Shown here piece by piece: positions 41,219-51,979 of a DNA stretch of 64,000 nucleotides. The notes beneath the pieces were generated by a model. It did no database searches. It was given only the letters and a program-made list of their open reading frames with translations, and was not told where the DNA came from. The stretch comes from Saprospiraceae bacterium. Lineage in GTDB: Bacteria > Bacteroidota > Bacteroidia > Chitinophagales > Saprospiraceae. Where the stretch lies: the NCBI GenBank assembly GCA_016719855.1, contig JADJYH010000014.1:45949-109948 (forward strand). Reading direction: 5' to 3'. The stretch's first letter is position 1; the number at the start of each line of letters is the position of its first letter. The position numbers and the translations under genes were made by a program.

Positions 41219-43996
41219 TCAAAACCCACCAAATCCTCGACTATCCTGCAACCCCTTCCGGTAAGGAATATTGATGAAATCCAGTTTCCCAGGCTTCACC
41301 CGGATGAAGAAGCTGTAGGAGCCGAACTGCGGCTGCCAGGACACGCCCATCTCCCAGCAATGGAGGTCACGGGCGAAGGAGAAATCGGGGTAAGTAATTT
41401 TCTTTGATTGGAAGTCGTAGCCGAAGTTGCCGACGTAGATGTTCCAGTTTGGTGTCAGTTTTATGGAGCCACGGCTGGAGATGGTGTGCGTCGTGATGGC
41501 AATGGAATCCTTCCCTGCTTTGGAGTAGTATCGCTGTGCCACCGTGAAATTGTGGGCGATGGTGAAGTTTTCGAACAGGCTGAGGAAGTCCTCTGGGCCT
41601 TGTGCATTTGTGATGGCGGTCTCCGTGCCGTCTTCGTCGGAGCTGGGTCGGTTGGTTAATTTCTTATCGGTGTCCTCGCCTTTTATCAGGTCACGCAGAC
41701 GCTCAATGGTGATATTGGTGCTGAGGTTGGCGTTCCAGGAAGTGAGGTGGAGTAGCTTCCCGTTGGTGTTTAGGTTGAGCTGATTCACTCGGCCTCCAGT
41801 ACTTCGGTTGAAGTCGTAGGGGTCGAGCACCACACCAAATCGGAAGGAGGTTAAGCTGTTGAAGAAATTGGTGTTTCCACCGATGCTCACCACGCTCCAT
41901 TGCAGGGAGTCCGCCGCAAGATTGTAGCTGCCGTTGACGGAAATGGAGTTAAAAAGCTTGACGTTCTTCAGTGTCGAGTCTCGTTTGGAGAAGACTTTTG
42001 CTTCGAAAAGGTTGCTGAATCCGTAATTCAACGCCATCTGCTTGCCGCCCGTGGAGGGTTGCTCGAACCCGCTTATCCGATTGTTTTCGTAGATGCTGTA
42101 CCGTAGCAGTTCGTCGTTTCGCAGGTCTTTTTTTACTGTTTTGAAATAGCCCCAGTCCGGATCGGTGAAGTCGGGCGTGTAGTTGAAGCCGACCGTGGGC
42201 GTCATCACATGGCGCAGGCCCCGCAGTTTTCCCTTTTTGAACAGGATGGTACCGAAGACCTTGGTGCTCATGCTCGCCCCAGCGTTGAACTGACGAAGTG
42301 GCTTGAACCGCCACATTTCATCGGTGACGATATGGCCAAACTTCGTCGTGTCGTTGGTCACGATGAAGTCTGTTGAGTCCTCGTTCCAAGTGGTGTCCAT
42401 TTGTATGGTCAAGTTCGGGTCAAAGGTTTTGTTCTGCGTTTTGAAATACCACACTTCTTTGTAGCTGGCACTGGGCGAAATGTTGAAGAATTTGAGGAAG
42501 TTAAAGCTGGTACTGGTTGTCACGTTGTGCCGCAAGCCGAACTTGGCACTGTCCAGCGTTGATTGCTTGAACAGGGTGCTGTCCTTTGCCGTGAATTGGT
42601 TCCTAGCCTCCGAGGTGTAACGCATCTGTATCCGCTCGAACCATTTTTCGCCGCCCGTTTTCACTTTTCGTTTAAATGGATACAGGTTTTGTGTCTGGAA
42701 ATTGACCGTCGGGAAGCTGATGGTCACGTTGCGGGTGTTCGTGTTTTGCGAGTGGCTGAAAGAGGCGCTCAGGTCAAATGGCTTGTCGAAACGCTGCCGG
42801 AAGCTCATGTTGGAACTATATGAAGTATTTAACCGAGCGGCAGCATCCGTTCGGTTGTTTCGTTGGTAGTTGCCTGCTTGGATGTTGATGCTTCCACCGA
42901 GGTTGCGGTACGGGTGCGCCTTGGCATCCTGTGTGTGCGACCATTGCAGGCTGCCAGAAGGCTCATGGCTGATTCCACCTTCGGCGTCCTCCGTGCGCTG
43001 GTAGGCAAAGTCAAGGTTCGCCCTGCCACTGTACTTGTAGCGTTTTTTGTAGTTTGAAAGCGCATGAAGACGGAACGTGCCCTTGAGGTAAATATCGCTC
43101 GTGAGCTGGAGGTCCATGTTGTCGTTGATGGGCAAATAGTACCCGACCCGTTCCAACCCGAAGCCCCAAGCCTCGGAGTACTCGTAGTTTTGGGGGAAAA
43201 TCAGCCCGGTGCGCACGCCCAATTTCAACGGGAAAAACCCGAACGGCAACCACAGCGGCGTGGGTATGTCGCCAATGATGAGGTTGCAAGGGCCTACCAC
43301 CGCCACCTTGTCCTGCACGATTTTTTGCTTGTTGCTGCGAATACTGAAATGTGGGTGGTCCAAGTCGCAGGTCGTGAAATCGGCGTTTTTGTTGTAAATT
43401 ATGTTGTGCTTAGTCGTGTCGTTGCCTGTACCGAAAAACTTGCCCTTTTGGCCCAAAATGTTCATCCCTTCCTGCTTCGTTTGCGAGTCGTAGATAATGC
43501 CTTTGTAGGTTTTGTAATTGTACCTCATGCTGCTGGTCGTGAAGTCTTGGTCACCTTCGGTGAAATGCGGTTTGCCAAGCCATTCCCCATTTGCCAGCCG
43601 CTTGCCTTCCGCGGACATGGTGTTTCCTTTCCAATCAATCAAGATGTAGTTCGCCTGAATGGTCATCGTTTGGAATTTGACCTCGGCCTGCCCATACAGG
43701 TGTATCTGCTTGTTTTTGATGTCAAAATACATGGAATCCGCTGCTGTGTAGTCAATCTGGTCATCCAGTGCGTCCTTTGAGATAGTGATGCTGTCGAGGT
43801 TGGCGCTAGGCGGCTGGGTAAGTTGTCCAATGTTGGGTTGGGGAGGTTGCCCAAGGTTTAATGGCGCACGCCGGAGGGAATCGAGCAATAGTCGGAGGGA
43901 ATCGGGTGTTGGGCGCTGCGATGGTTGCACCTGTGCTTGCATTGCAATTGCGCCAAGCATTATAAAAGAAAGAATTATGACTAACTTTGCGGGCAA
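41219..43996 (-). CDS. lptD: putative LPS-assembly protein LptD (OstA family outer-membrane protein)
   Basis: 925 aa. Signal peptide. OstA-like N-terminal region (DSMYFDIKNKQIHLYGQAEVKFQTMTIQANYILIDW), a long beta-barrel and a C-terminal ...RGFGGF. Confidence 0.7.
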   Translation of the reverse strand: MPAKLVIILSFIMLGAIAMQAQVQPSQRPTPDSLRLLLDSLRRAPLNLGQPPQPNIGQLTQPPSANLDSITISKDALDDQIDYTAADSMYFDIKNKQIHLYGQAEVKFQTMTIQANYILIDWKGNTMSAEGKRLANGEWLGKPHFTEGDQDFTTSSMRYNYKTYKGIIYDSQTKQEGMNILGQKGKFFGTGNDTTKHNIIYNKNADFTTCDLDHPHFSIRSNKQKIVQDKVAVVGPCNLIIGDIPTPLWLPFGFFPLKLGVRTGLIFPQNYEYSEAWGFGLERVGYYLPINDNMDLQLTSDIYLKGTFRLHALSNYKKRYKYSGRANLDFAYQRTEDAEGGISHEPSGSLQWSHTQDAKAHPYRNLGGSINIQAGNYQRNNRTDAAARLNTSYSSNMSFRQRFDKPFDLSASFSHSQNTNTRNVTISFPTVNFQTQNLYPFKRKVKTGGEKWFERIQMRYTSEARNQFTAKDSTLFKQSTLDSAKFGLRHNVTTSTSFNFLKFFNISPSASYKEVWYFKTQNKTFDPNLTIQMDTTWNEDSTDFIVTNDTTKFGHIVTDEMWRFKPLRQFNAGASMSTKVFGTILFKKGKLRGLRHVMTPTVGFNYTPDFTDPDWGYFKTVKKDLRNDELLRYSIYENNRISGFEQPSTGGKQMALNYGFSNLFEAKVFSKRDSTLKNVKLFNSISVNGSYNLAADSLQWSVVSIGGNTNFFNSLTSFRFGVVLDPYDFNRSTGGRVNQLNLNTNGKLLHLTSWNANLSTNITIERLRDLIKGEDTDKKLTNRPSSDEDGTETAITNAQGPEDFLSLFENFTIAHNFTVAQRYYSKAGKDSIAITTHTISSRGSIKLTPNWNIYVGNFGYDFQSKKITYPDFSFARDLHCWEMGVSWQPQFGSYSFFIRVKPGKLDFINIPYRKGLQDSRGFGGF

Positions 43997-44071
43997 ATCT
44001 TTGGATTGAAGTTTGTTTGAAAGCCGGGAATGTGGAATAAAATACCCAGCAAACTCAAATTGAAGCTTTCA

Positions 44072-44178
44072 GGTTGATAAGGGTTGATTGGGTTGATGAG
44101 GGTTGATAAATGAACGGGAACTTGCACGACCCACAGTTTTATCAACCCTCATCAACCCGGATAAACTTTCATCAACCC
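44072..44178. repeat. tandem-repeat hairpin with the same GGGTTGATRA unit as 20231-20314, in a divergent promoter region
   Basis: 21-bp perfect stem gggttgatgagggttgataaa (44090-44110) / 44138-44158 with a 27-nt loop, plus extra units on both sides. Shares a 20-nt identity (gggttgatgagggttgataa) with the sdh hairpin. Confidence 0.9.
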
Positions 44179-44211
44179 ACCAAGCTGCCGAGAACCTTAT
44201 TTATCTTCAAA

Positions 44212-45726
44212 ATGAAGGCTATCATTTTCCTTCCAACGTTGATGCTGTTTTGCTCCTCTTGGAGTTTGCCAAAACTTAACATCCCCACCAATGGCGGGGA
44301 GGCGGGCAAAATTATCAAAGCTGCACCAAACAGCACAGACTTTCTGACGCTACTCCCCGAAGCCGACACAGTGGGCGCACCCGAGCTGACCATTTCACGC
44401 CGGAAGGGCAGCTACGAAGTAAAAACAGTGGTCATTGACCCCGGCCACGGCGGGCACGACCCAGGTTGCCACGGTGGCGGCAACACAAAGGAAAAGCACG
44501 TCTGCCTGGCTGTTGGAAAATACCTGACAGAAGCCATCCGACAGAACTTCCCGGACGTGAAGGTGATTATGACTCGCTCCAGCGACGTATTCATTCCACT
44601 CAACGAGCGGGCGGCCATCGCCACCAGAAACAAGGCCGACCTGTTCATTTCCATCCACTGCAACGCCATCGTGAACGCCAGCAAAACGATGGGCACGGAG
44701 ACCTACGTGCTTGGCCTTCATGCAACCGAGGCCAACTTGGCAGTGGCAAAAAGAGAGAACGAAGCCATACTTTTGGAGGAGGACTACGAGAAAAACTACG
44801 ATGGCTACGACCCCAACTCGCCAGAGGCACACATCATGTTTTCGATGTTCCAAAATGCCTTTTTGCAGCAGAGCCTTAGCTTTGCCGACAAGGTGCAGCA
44901 GCACACCAACATAGTGGCCAAGCGCAAAAACCGGGGCGTGAAGCAAGCTGGTTTTATCGTGCTCAAATACGCCACCATGCCAAGCGTGTTGGTCGAAACG
45001 GGCTTTTTGACCAACACCACCGAGGAATCTTTTTTAAGGACAAAGGCTGGCCAAAAAGCAATTGCAAATTCGCTGTTAATAGCGTTTAGCGATTATAAGC
45101 AAGAGATGGAAGGAGGCGCCCCTGCCCCACTCGCCCTCCTCGGTGCTGAGCAGTCGGCTGAAGATGTTTCTACGGAACCTTCGGAGGAAGTGATTGCTGC
45201 CAGTACTGGGCCATCACTAGGTGAATCGGTATTCGTAAAACCCGTAAAACAAGAAAGCGAGCTACCCCAAACGAACACAAAGCCTGAAAGGCCGAAGCCG
45301 CAACCCAGGGTCGAAGAACCAAAGTCGGAACCAAAAAAGGATACAAAACAGGAGGCCAAGCCACCGACTGAAATGGTTGTTTCACCAAAGAAAAAGACTG
45401 AGGTACCAAGCGCCCCATCAAAAATTTTGGTTGACAATCCTATCTCCGAATCAGCGCCAAAAACGGAAAAACCAATTGTACAAAACGCTGATATTCAATT
45501 CCGTGTGCAGTTGGCAGCCTCTCCCAAGCAAATGAATTTGAACACAGGCAAATGGGCCAGGGTGGAATATTTGATACAAGTCATCGAAGAAAATGACCTC
45601 TTTAAATACCAAGTAGTTAATTTCGCCACCCAAGAAGAGGCAACCGCCGCCAAAACAAAGCTGCGAGCCATCGGTTTTAGTGATGCTTTTGTGGTCACTT
45701 ACCAAAATGGCGTTAGAATTAAATAA
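44212..45726 (+). CDS. N-acetylmuramoyl-L-alanine amidase with C-terminal SPOR domain
   Basis: Start MKAIIFLPTLMLFC at 44212. Amidase_3 motifs VVIDPGHGGHDPG and SIHCNA. A Pro/Lys/Glu-rich linker, then SPOR-like FRVQLAAS...GFSDAFVVTYQNGVRIK. Confidence 0.88.
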   Translation: MKAIIFLPTLMLFCSSWSLPKLNIPTNGGEAGKIIKAAPNSTDFLTLLPEADTVGAPELTISRRKGSYEVKTVVIDPGHGGHDPGCHGGGNTKEKHVCLAVGKYLTEAIRQNFPDVKVIMTRSSDVFIPLNERAAIATRNKADLFISIHCNAIVNASKTMGTETYVLGLHATEANLAVAKRENEAILLEEDYEKNYDGYDPNSPEAHIMFSMFQNAFLQQSLSFADKVQQHTNIVAKRKNRGVKQAGFIVLKYATMPSVLVETGFLTNTTEESFLRTKAGQKAIANSLLIAFSDYKQEMEGGAPAPLALLGAEQSAEDVSTEPSEEVIAASTGPSLGESVFVKPVKQESELPQTNTKPERPKPQPRVEEPKSEPKKDTKQEAKPPTEMVVSPKKKTEVPSAPSKILVDNPISESAPKTEKPIVQNADIQFRVQLAASPKQMNLNTGKWARVEYLIQVIEENDLFKYQVVNFATQEEATAAKTKLRAIGFSDAFVVTYQNGVRIK

Positions 45727-45793
45727 CCACCTTGGTCGCCATCCCGATAGCTATTGGGACATTTGGTGAACCATTTAATTTTGGTCTGCCAAA

Positions 45794-45801
45794 TAAATTT
45801 G
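45794..45801 (+). promoter_or_regulatory. Bacteroidota-type -7 promoter box (TAAATTTG)
   Basis: Matches TAnnTTTG, 22 nt upstream of the ATG at 45823. Confidence 0.35.
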
Positions 45802-45822
45802 ACGACCTCTTTGTACCTAAGA

Positions 45823-46862
45823 ATGCGTAAAGAAATTAAGATCGCAATTTTCTCCATCATCACGGTGGCAATGGCCATTTGGGGCTACAAGTTCTTGAAG
45901 GGCTTCAATATTCTGAGCAAAAACTTGGTGGTGTACGCCAACTATCAGCGGGTGGATGGGCTTCGAGTTTCAACGCCCATCCTGATCAATGGGCTACAAG
46001 TGGGCTTGGTTTCGGATATATTCCAAAGCGGTGACAACCCAAACGTCATCACCGCTGAACTTCATCTAGACCAGGGTACGAAGGTGCCAAAATCTACTAT
46101 CGCAACCATCGTTTCCGATGGGCCAATGGGCGGAACGCATATCGACCTTGTATTTAAAGGTGTTTGTTCCAATGGCGATTGCGTCAAGGATGGCGATTTC
46201 CTCGAAGGTTTTACGAAGGGCTTGCTGGCTTCGATGGTAACACCGGACGAGGTCAGGCTCTACGTTGACCAACTGAATGCGGGACTGAAAGACATGCTCG
46301 ACACCCTTTCCGACCGCTTAAAGAACAGTGAGGAAATTAACCAGAGCGTCCAAGATGTGCGCATTACGCTTGCAAACTTGCACCGTTCCACCGACCGATT
46401 GGACAGGGTGATGGAAAATTCGGCTGGCTCCATTGAAAGGAGCATCAAAAACATCGAGTCCATTACCACCAACCTCAAGGAGAGCAACCAGCAAATCAAG
46501 AACATTTTGGCAAATGCAGAGGACGTGTCAAAGGACCTGAAAGATGCCGACGTGCAGCAACTTGTTGGTGAAACCAAGGTCACAATGCAAAAACTGCAAT
46601 CCACCTTAGCGAATAGCGACAAGGCCATCGCCGACCTAAGCACCCTGCTCCAAAGTCTGAAATCGGGCGACGGCGCCATTCCAATGCTGCTCAACAACAA
46701 GGAATTTGCCTCCAACTTGGAGACGACCATCAAGAACATGGATTACCTTTTGAGGGATTTGCGCTTGCACCCGGAACGCTACCGCCGCATTTTATCCAAA
46801 AGCAAATGGAGTACGAGTTCGAGCCGTTGGAGAACGACCCGGCGTTTAAGAACAAGAATTGA
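45823..46862 (+). pseudogene. MlaD/Mce family protein, probable C-terminal frameshift as given
   Basis: MRKEIKIAIFSIITVAMAIWGYKFLKG followed by an MlaD domain (VSTPILINGLQVGLVSDI). One extra A in the A-run 46798-46801 gives ...RRILSKKQMEYEFEPLENDPAFKNKN-stop (46860-46862) in place of an R/S-rich tail. Confidence 0.75.
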
Positions 46863-46916
46863 AATTGGGAACTGGAAACTGGGAATTGAATTGCCTTGAT
46901 TTTCAGATATTCGAAT

Positions 46917-47576
46917 CTAGCTCACCCTAAAAAGTGGTTTGTCCAGCCAACCTTCAGGATTAGCTTCTAACCGGCTTTGCACCGAATAAATTGCCATCGC
47001 CAGGGCGGCCCCAATTATTCCTCCCGCATAGACATCGGGCGGAAAATGCTGCACCAAGTAAATCCTTGAAACGCCTACCAAAAAGGCAATTGTGAAGAGT
47101 AACAGCGCATACCGTTTTTTGGAAGGGAGCAATAAAATTAGCAGGGTGTATAGCGCAAATGCCGACATGGTATGCCCAGAGGGAAAGCTAGTTGCGCCAT
47201 TGTGCAATTCAATCCCATCAATCAGACTGATTTTTTCCATAAGATTTTGCTTGGCAAAAAAGGCCGATGGGCGGTCTATGGCAAATAGGGTTTTTAGGCC
47301 AAAACTTGTGGCCATCACACTTAGACCCGTTATGGCCACCATTAGGGAATAGCGAACCCGAACTGCAAGCGCAGCGATTCCTATCAAAAAATAGACGTAC
47401 GCCTCACCAAGATAGTTTATGAATATGAATGCTCCGTTAAGGAAGGTAGTCCTGTTTTCACTAAAGTAATAAATAGCATCAGCCTTATTGGATTGGCTCA
47501 AATAAATGCCGCCAACCAAGACAAACACAGCGAGCAAAACAAAGTAAAACCGATTTTCATTGACTGTTTTGACCAT
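46917..47576 (-). CDS. phosphatase PAP2 family protein
   Basis: 219 aa, multi-TM. PAP2 motifs PSGHTMSAF and SRIYLVQHFPPDV. Confidence 0.8.
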   Translation of the reverse strand: MVKTVNENRFYFVLLAVFVLVGGIYLSQSNKADAIYYFSENRTTFLNGAFIFINYLGEAYVYFLIGIAALAVRVRYSLMVAITGLSVMATSFGLKTLFAIDRPSAFFAKQNLMEKISLIDGIELHNGATSFPSGHTMSAFALYTLLILLLPSKKRYALLLFTIAFLVGVSRIYLVQHFPPDVYAGGIIGAALAMAIYSVQSRLEANPEGWLDKPLFRVS

Positions 47577-47660
47577 TCAATTCATTTATTTTGGGCAAAG
47601 TTGAGCCTTTTCGCTCCAAAACGACAACTGAAAAATTGTTTCTCTGCATCTTTGAGGCTC

Positions 47661-48263
47661 ATGGAAATAACAACAGCAGATTACAGTGGGAGTTTCGTTA
47701 CGATAGAAGATTGCCCAACGACCAAACTCCCGGAATATGCCTTCATTGGCCGTTCCAACGTAGGCAAATCGTCCCTCATCAATATGCTCACCGGACGAAA
47801 GGGTTTGGCGCACGTCTCCAACACGCCGGGCAAAACCCAAACCATCAACTTCTTTCTCATCAATGAAAACTGGCACTTGGTGGACCTTCCCGGTTACGGC
47901 TACGCCAAAACGGGCAAGAAAATCAGGGCAGGCTTTGGGCCGATGATTGAGAACTTCCTGCTGAAGCGGGAGGCGCTGGTTTGCTGCTTTGTGCTGATTG
48001 ATTCAAACATCGAACCGAGGAAAAACGACCTTGAGTTCTTGGGTTTTTTGGGCGAGAACCAAGTTCCGTTCGCCATCGCCTACACCAAGTGCGACCGCCT
48101 CTCCAAAGCCCAATTGGAACGGAGACTCGCCGCCTTCCGGGCAGCGCTCTTGGAAACTTGGGAAACCATGCCGCAGGAGTTCATCACCTCCGCAGAGCAT
48201 CGAACGGGTCGAGAGGAAGTGCTCGACTTCATCCAACAAGTCAACCAAACCATTAAAAAATAG
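47661..48263 (+). CDS. engB: ribosome biogenesis GTP-binding protein YihA/EngB
   Basis: ATG at 47661 inside ORF 47493-48263. G1 GRSNVGKSS, G3 DLPGYG and G4 TKCD motifs. Confidence 0.9.
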   Translation: MEITTADYSGSFVTIEDCPTTKLPEYAFIGRSNVGKSSLINMLTGRKGLAHVSNTPGKTQTINFFLINENWHLVDLPGYGYAKTGKKIRAGFGPMIENFLLKREALVCCFVLIDSNIEPRKNDLEFLGFLGENQVPFAIAYTKCDRLSKAQLERRLAAFRAALLETWETMPQEFITSAEHRTGREEVLDFIQQVNQTIKK

Positions 48264-48284
48264 CAGCAATATCAGCGTTGAGCC

Positions 48285-49103
48285 ATGACCCGACAACAGC
48301 TTTTTGAGCGAATCCTAGCAAAAAAATCTTTTCTCTGCATTGGCTTGGATAGCGAACTGTCCAAGCTTCCGCCGCACTTGCTCAGGTTTGATGACCCGGT
48401 TTACGAATTCAACCGCCAAATCATCGAAGCGACCCACGACCTTTGCGTGGCCTACAAGCCCAACCTCGCTTTTTACGAGTCGCAGGGCTGGCGAGGCTGG
48501 CAGACGCTGGAGAAAACCATGTCGCTCATCCCCGAAAATATTTTTACCATCGCCGATGCAAAGCGGGGCGATATTGGCAACACGTCCACGCAATACGCTC
48601 AGGCCTTCTTCAAACAAATGAACTTCGACGCCGTGACCGTTGCACCGTACATGGGCGAAGACAGCGTAAAGCCCTTCCTCGAATTCAAGGGCAAATGGGT
48701 CATCCTATTGGCACTGACATCGAACAAGGGAAGCTACGACTTCCAGTTTGCGGAGCAAGAAAACGGCGAGCCATTGTTCGAAAAAGTGATGAAAAAAGCC
48801 CAGACTTGGGGGAATACATCAAACCTGATGTTTGTCACGGGTGCCACGCACCCCGAAAAATTCAAGGAAATCCGGCGAGTAGCACCCGACAACTTCTTGC
48901 TTGTGCCTGGCATCGGTGCGCAGGGTGGCGAGTTGGAAAAAGTCTGCGAATACGGCTTGAATAGTGAGGTTGGATTGCTGGTAAATTCCTCCCGGGGCAT
49001 CATCTTTGCAAGCAACGGCGAGGACTTCGCTGAAAAAGCACGTACTGCTACGCTTGAAATTCAGGCGCAGATGGCGCAAGTTTTAGACAAACATTTTCGT
49101 TAA
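48285..49103 (+). CDS. pyrF: orotidine 5'-phosphate decarboxylase (type 2)
   Basis: 272 aa. [17 protein letters not shown] and [11 protein letters not shown] motifs. Confidence 0.9.
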   Translation: MTRQQLFERILAKKSFLCIGLDSELSKLPPHLLRFDDPVYEFNRQIIEATHDLCVAYKPNLAFYESQGWRGWQTLEKTMSLIPENIFTIADAKRGDIGNTSTQYAQAFFKQMNFDAVTVAPYMGEDSVKPFLEFKGKWVILLALTSNKGSYDFQFAEQENGEPLFEKVMKKAQTWGNTSNLMFVTGATHPEKFKEIRRVAPDNFLLVPGIGAQGGELEKVCEYGLNSEVGLLVNSSRGIIFASNGEDFAEKARTATLEIQAQMAQVLDKHFR

Positions 49104-49147
49104 GTCATTTTTTAAACTGACTACCTCATAACTCATCCACAAATTTT

Positions 49148-50018
49148 ATGAAAAACTTCCTTCAAATCCTCGCTTTTGCCTTGCTGCCAATCGCAGTTTC
49201 AGCCCAACACTTGGAGGCAGGCATCTTATTGGGCGGTGCCAATTACATCGGCGATTTGTCCAACAACTCCGGCAATCTTTATCTGAAAGAAACCAAACCT
49301 GCTGCCGGCATTTTTGTCCGCCAAAACTTCAACCATTTGTTTGCCGCCCGCCTCGGTTTCAACTGGGCCAGGGTATCCGGCCAAGATGCTAATGTGCGCA
49401 ACGACGACTTTGTACACGACCGCAACCTGAGTTTCCGTTCCAGCATCCTGGAATTTGCGCTCATCGGCGAGTTCAACATCCTCGGCTACCAGCCTTACGG
49501 TTTGGCTAGGCCATTTTCACCTTATGTTTTCGCTGGAATTGCTGGGTCAAAGTTCAACCCAAAGGCCCGTTACCTCGGCAATTGGGAGGAACTGCAACCC
49601 CTCGGCACCGAAGGCCAAGGCATGGCTGGATTTGATTCACCCTACAAGCGTTTTGCTTTCGCCATTCCCTTCGGTGTTGGCGTAAAATATGCCCCTCACC
49701 GACCGCATCAACCTCGGACTTGAACTGGGCGCTCGGCCCACTTTCACCGACTACCTTGACGACGTGAGCGGCACCTACGTTTCCTACCCCGAACTCTTGT
49801 CTGGTAATGGAGAACTGGCCGCAGCCCTCGGCAACCGTACTGGCGAACTCACCGAAAACGGCGAACCCGTCATCGTCCCCACTGGTACTCAACGGGGCGA
49901 CTCGGCCAAAAAAGATTGGTATTTTATCCTTGGCGTTACCGCCTCCTATAATTTCCTCGACAATGGTCTGATGGGCAGTCGGAGACGGGGTGGCCGCAGG
50001 CCAGGGTGCTACGATTAG
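49148..50018 (+). pseudogene. outer-membrane beta-barrel protein (DUF6089-like), frameshifted as given
   Basis: ORFs 49148-49723 and 49689-50018. Signal peptide MKNFLQILAFALLPIAVSAQ. Removing one C at the C-run 49692-49695 restores ...GVGVKYALTDRINLGLELGARPTFTDYLDD. Confidence 0.65.
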
Positions 50019-50093
50019 GTTGGCAGGTAGTGATGTATGGAGATATGTTTTTCAAATGCCACCATACCTTCATACCTCATACCTTCAAACCTT
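50017..50093. repeat. imperfect G-rich/C-rich hairpin between convergent genes
   Basis: aggttggcaggtagtgatgtatggagatatg faces ccataccttcatacctcataccttcaaacctt. Pairing is only partial (several mismatches and one bulge), but the tandem style (GGTATGA-like units) matches the other hairpins. Confidence 0.4.
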
Positions 50094-50878
50094 CCTCCGT
50101 TTTCCAATCTTGTGTTCCTCCCCAATCTCGCCATTGTTTCCTAGCCGCTCCGCAATCATCTGGTGGTACTCCGGGTGCAGCTCGCAACTGATAAAATTTC
50201 GGTGGAGCTGCTGACAAAGCACCAACTCCGACCCACTACCGCCGAACAGCACGAACACATCATCTTGCGCTTGGGTACACGATTTTATCAACATTTCCAC
50301 CAGTCCGAGCGGTATTTGACAAGCATGGAAGGTCTTGTCCTTACTCACATTTTTCACCAAATCGAAATAAAACCAACTGTACGGCATCCGCCCAACATGG
50401 CCATCGGCCATGCGCTGTTGGATGCGTTTGTCCGTCGGATTTTGGTATGGTTCAGCTACTTGGTCCTTAAAAAAATGGTTGTCCTTCGACTTTGTGGCAT
50501 GGAGGATGGAACGGTGGGCCGTGGTGAAGCGACGGGGGCTGTGGCCGACGTTGGTATTGTAAATCCAGACGTATTCCTGCACGTCGTAAGCGTTTTCGTC
50601 CAAGAATTTCACCCGCAGGTAGGCGTTTTGCTTGGGGTAGTTCATCATGAAAAGGTTGCCCGTCGGTTTGAGCACCCTCATGCACTCCCTCGTCAATTCG
50701 ATGTACCAATCCACATAATCGTTCCACTTGGTCAGGTAAGTTTTGCCGTGGTAATTGATTCCCACACCATAGTCCGGGTCGCCGTAAACCATGTCAACGA
50801 ATTATCGGGCAAGTCAGCAAGCACTTGCATCACGTCTTTCTGAAAGACTTTGTTCCGAAATTTTTCGAGGCCCGCCAT
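50085..50878 (-). pseudogene. site-specific DNA methyltransferase (beta class, N4-C/N6-A type), frameshifted near the N-terminus as given
   Basis: The ATG at 50878 gives MAGLEKFRNKVFQKDVMQVLADLPDNS. One missing base near 50798 restores ...SVDMVYGDPDYGV (DPPY-like motif IV). The FGGSGS motif I lies near the C-terminus, giving the IV-before-I order. Confidence 0.75.
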
Positions 50879-50908
50879 TTCTAACTAGTTGAAAATCAAT
50901 TTATTGAA

Positions 50909-51979
50909 TTATTGTAGCACAGAAACAACCTTCTCCCCACGCTCCACTATCCTACCGATTGGCTCCACGAACTGACCCAAACCATTTGCGGTCAGCAGCG
51001 ACTTTACCTCCTCCAGGCTTTCATTTTTTACAGTAAAAAGCAGCCCACCGTTCGTCTGTGGGTCGGGCAACAGGGTGAAGGCTTCGAGCACGTTTACGCC
51101 CTGGCCGAAGCTGATTTTCTCTCCAAAGCTGCTCCAGTTACGGGTAGTTGCATCGGGGAAAATTCGCTGGGCGATGTAGCCACGCACCCCTTCCAGCACG
51201 GGCAGTTTTTCGTAAAAAATCTCAGCGCTCAGGCCGCTGCCGTCGGCCATTTCTACGAGGTGACCAAGCAGACCAAAGCCGGTAACGTCCGTCATCGCCG
51301 TCACGCCCGGAAGGGTTGCGAGCGACTCCCCCACCCTGTTCAGCTTTGCCATGCTTTCAATCATAAGTGGCTGGTGTTCAGGGCTTAATGCGCCTCTTTT
51401 TTGCGCCGTGGTAAGCACGCCGACACCCAATGGCTTGGTCAAAAAAAGCCAGTCGCCAACTTCGGCGGTATTGTTCTTTTTCAAAAATTCGTGGCTCACA
51501 AGCCCCGTCACGGCCAGGCCAAATATCGGCTCCGGCGAGTCAATGCTGTGGCCGCCAGCCAGCGGAATTCCTGCCTCCCGGCAAATGCTGCGCCCACCTT
51601 CGAGCACTCGGGATGCCAACTCGATGGGCAATTTCTCTACCGGCCAACCAAGCACGGCCACGGCCATCAAGGGCTTACCGCCCATGGCGTACACATCGCT
51701 GATGGAATTGGCCGCCGCAATTCGTCCAAAATCAAAGGCATCGTCAACAATGGGCATGAAAAAATCGGTGGTGCTGATGAGTGCCTGCCCACCTCCGATG
51801 TCCATCACAGCAGCGTCGTCACGACCCTCGTTGCCGACCAAAAGATTGGGGAAATAGGCTTGTTCGCCCAAACCGTTGAGTATTTGGTCAAGTACCTTTG
51901 GCGCTATTTTGCAACCGCAACCTGCGCCGTGGCTGTATTGCGTGAGTTTTATTTCTTCCATTTCAAATTCCGTGTTCAT
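50909..51979 (-). CDS. selD: selenide, water dikinase SelD (Cys-type)
   Basis: [16 protein letters not shown] (Cys, no in-frame TGA) and AIR-synthase-like domains. The start may be the internal MEEIKLT at 51961. Confidence 0.92.
   Translation of the reverse strand: MNTEFEMEEIKLTQYSHGAGCGCKIAPKVLDQILNGLGEQAYFPNLLVGNEGRDDAAVMDIGGGQALISTTDFFMPIVDDAFDFGRIAAANSISDVYAMGGKPLMAVAVLGWPVEKLPIELASRVLEGGRSICREAGIPLAGGHSIDSPEPIFGLAVTGLVSHEFLKKNNTAEVGDWLFLTKPLGVGVLTTAQKRGALSPEHQPLMIESMAKLNRVGESLATLPGVTAMTDVTGFGLLGHLVEMADGSGLSAEIFYEKLPVLEGVRGYIAQRIFPDATTRNWSSFGEKISFGQGVNVLEAFTLLPDPQTNGGLLFTVKNESLEEVKSLLTANGLGQFVEPIGRIVERGEKVVSVLQ

Noticed and set aside
50909-51979. Possible selenocysteine recoding in selD or its neighbours.
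   Set aside because: SelD has Cys at the active-site position (GAGCGCK). There is no in-frame TGA and no SECIS-like hairpin.
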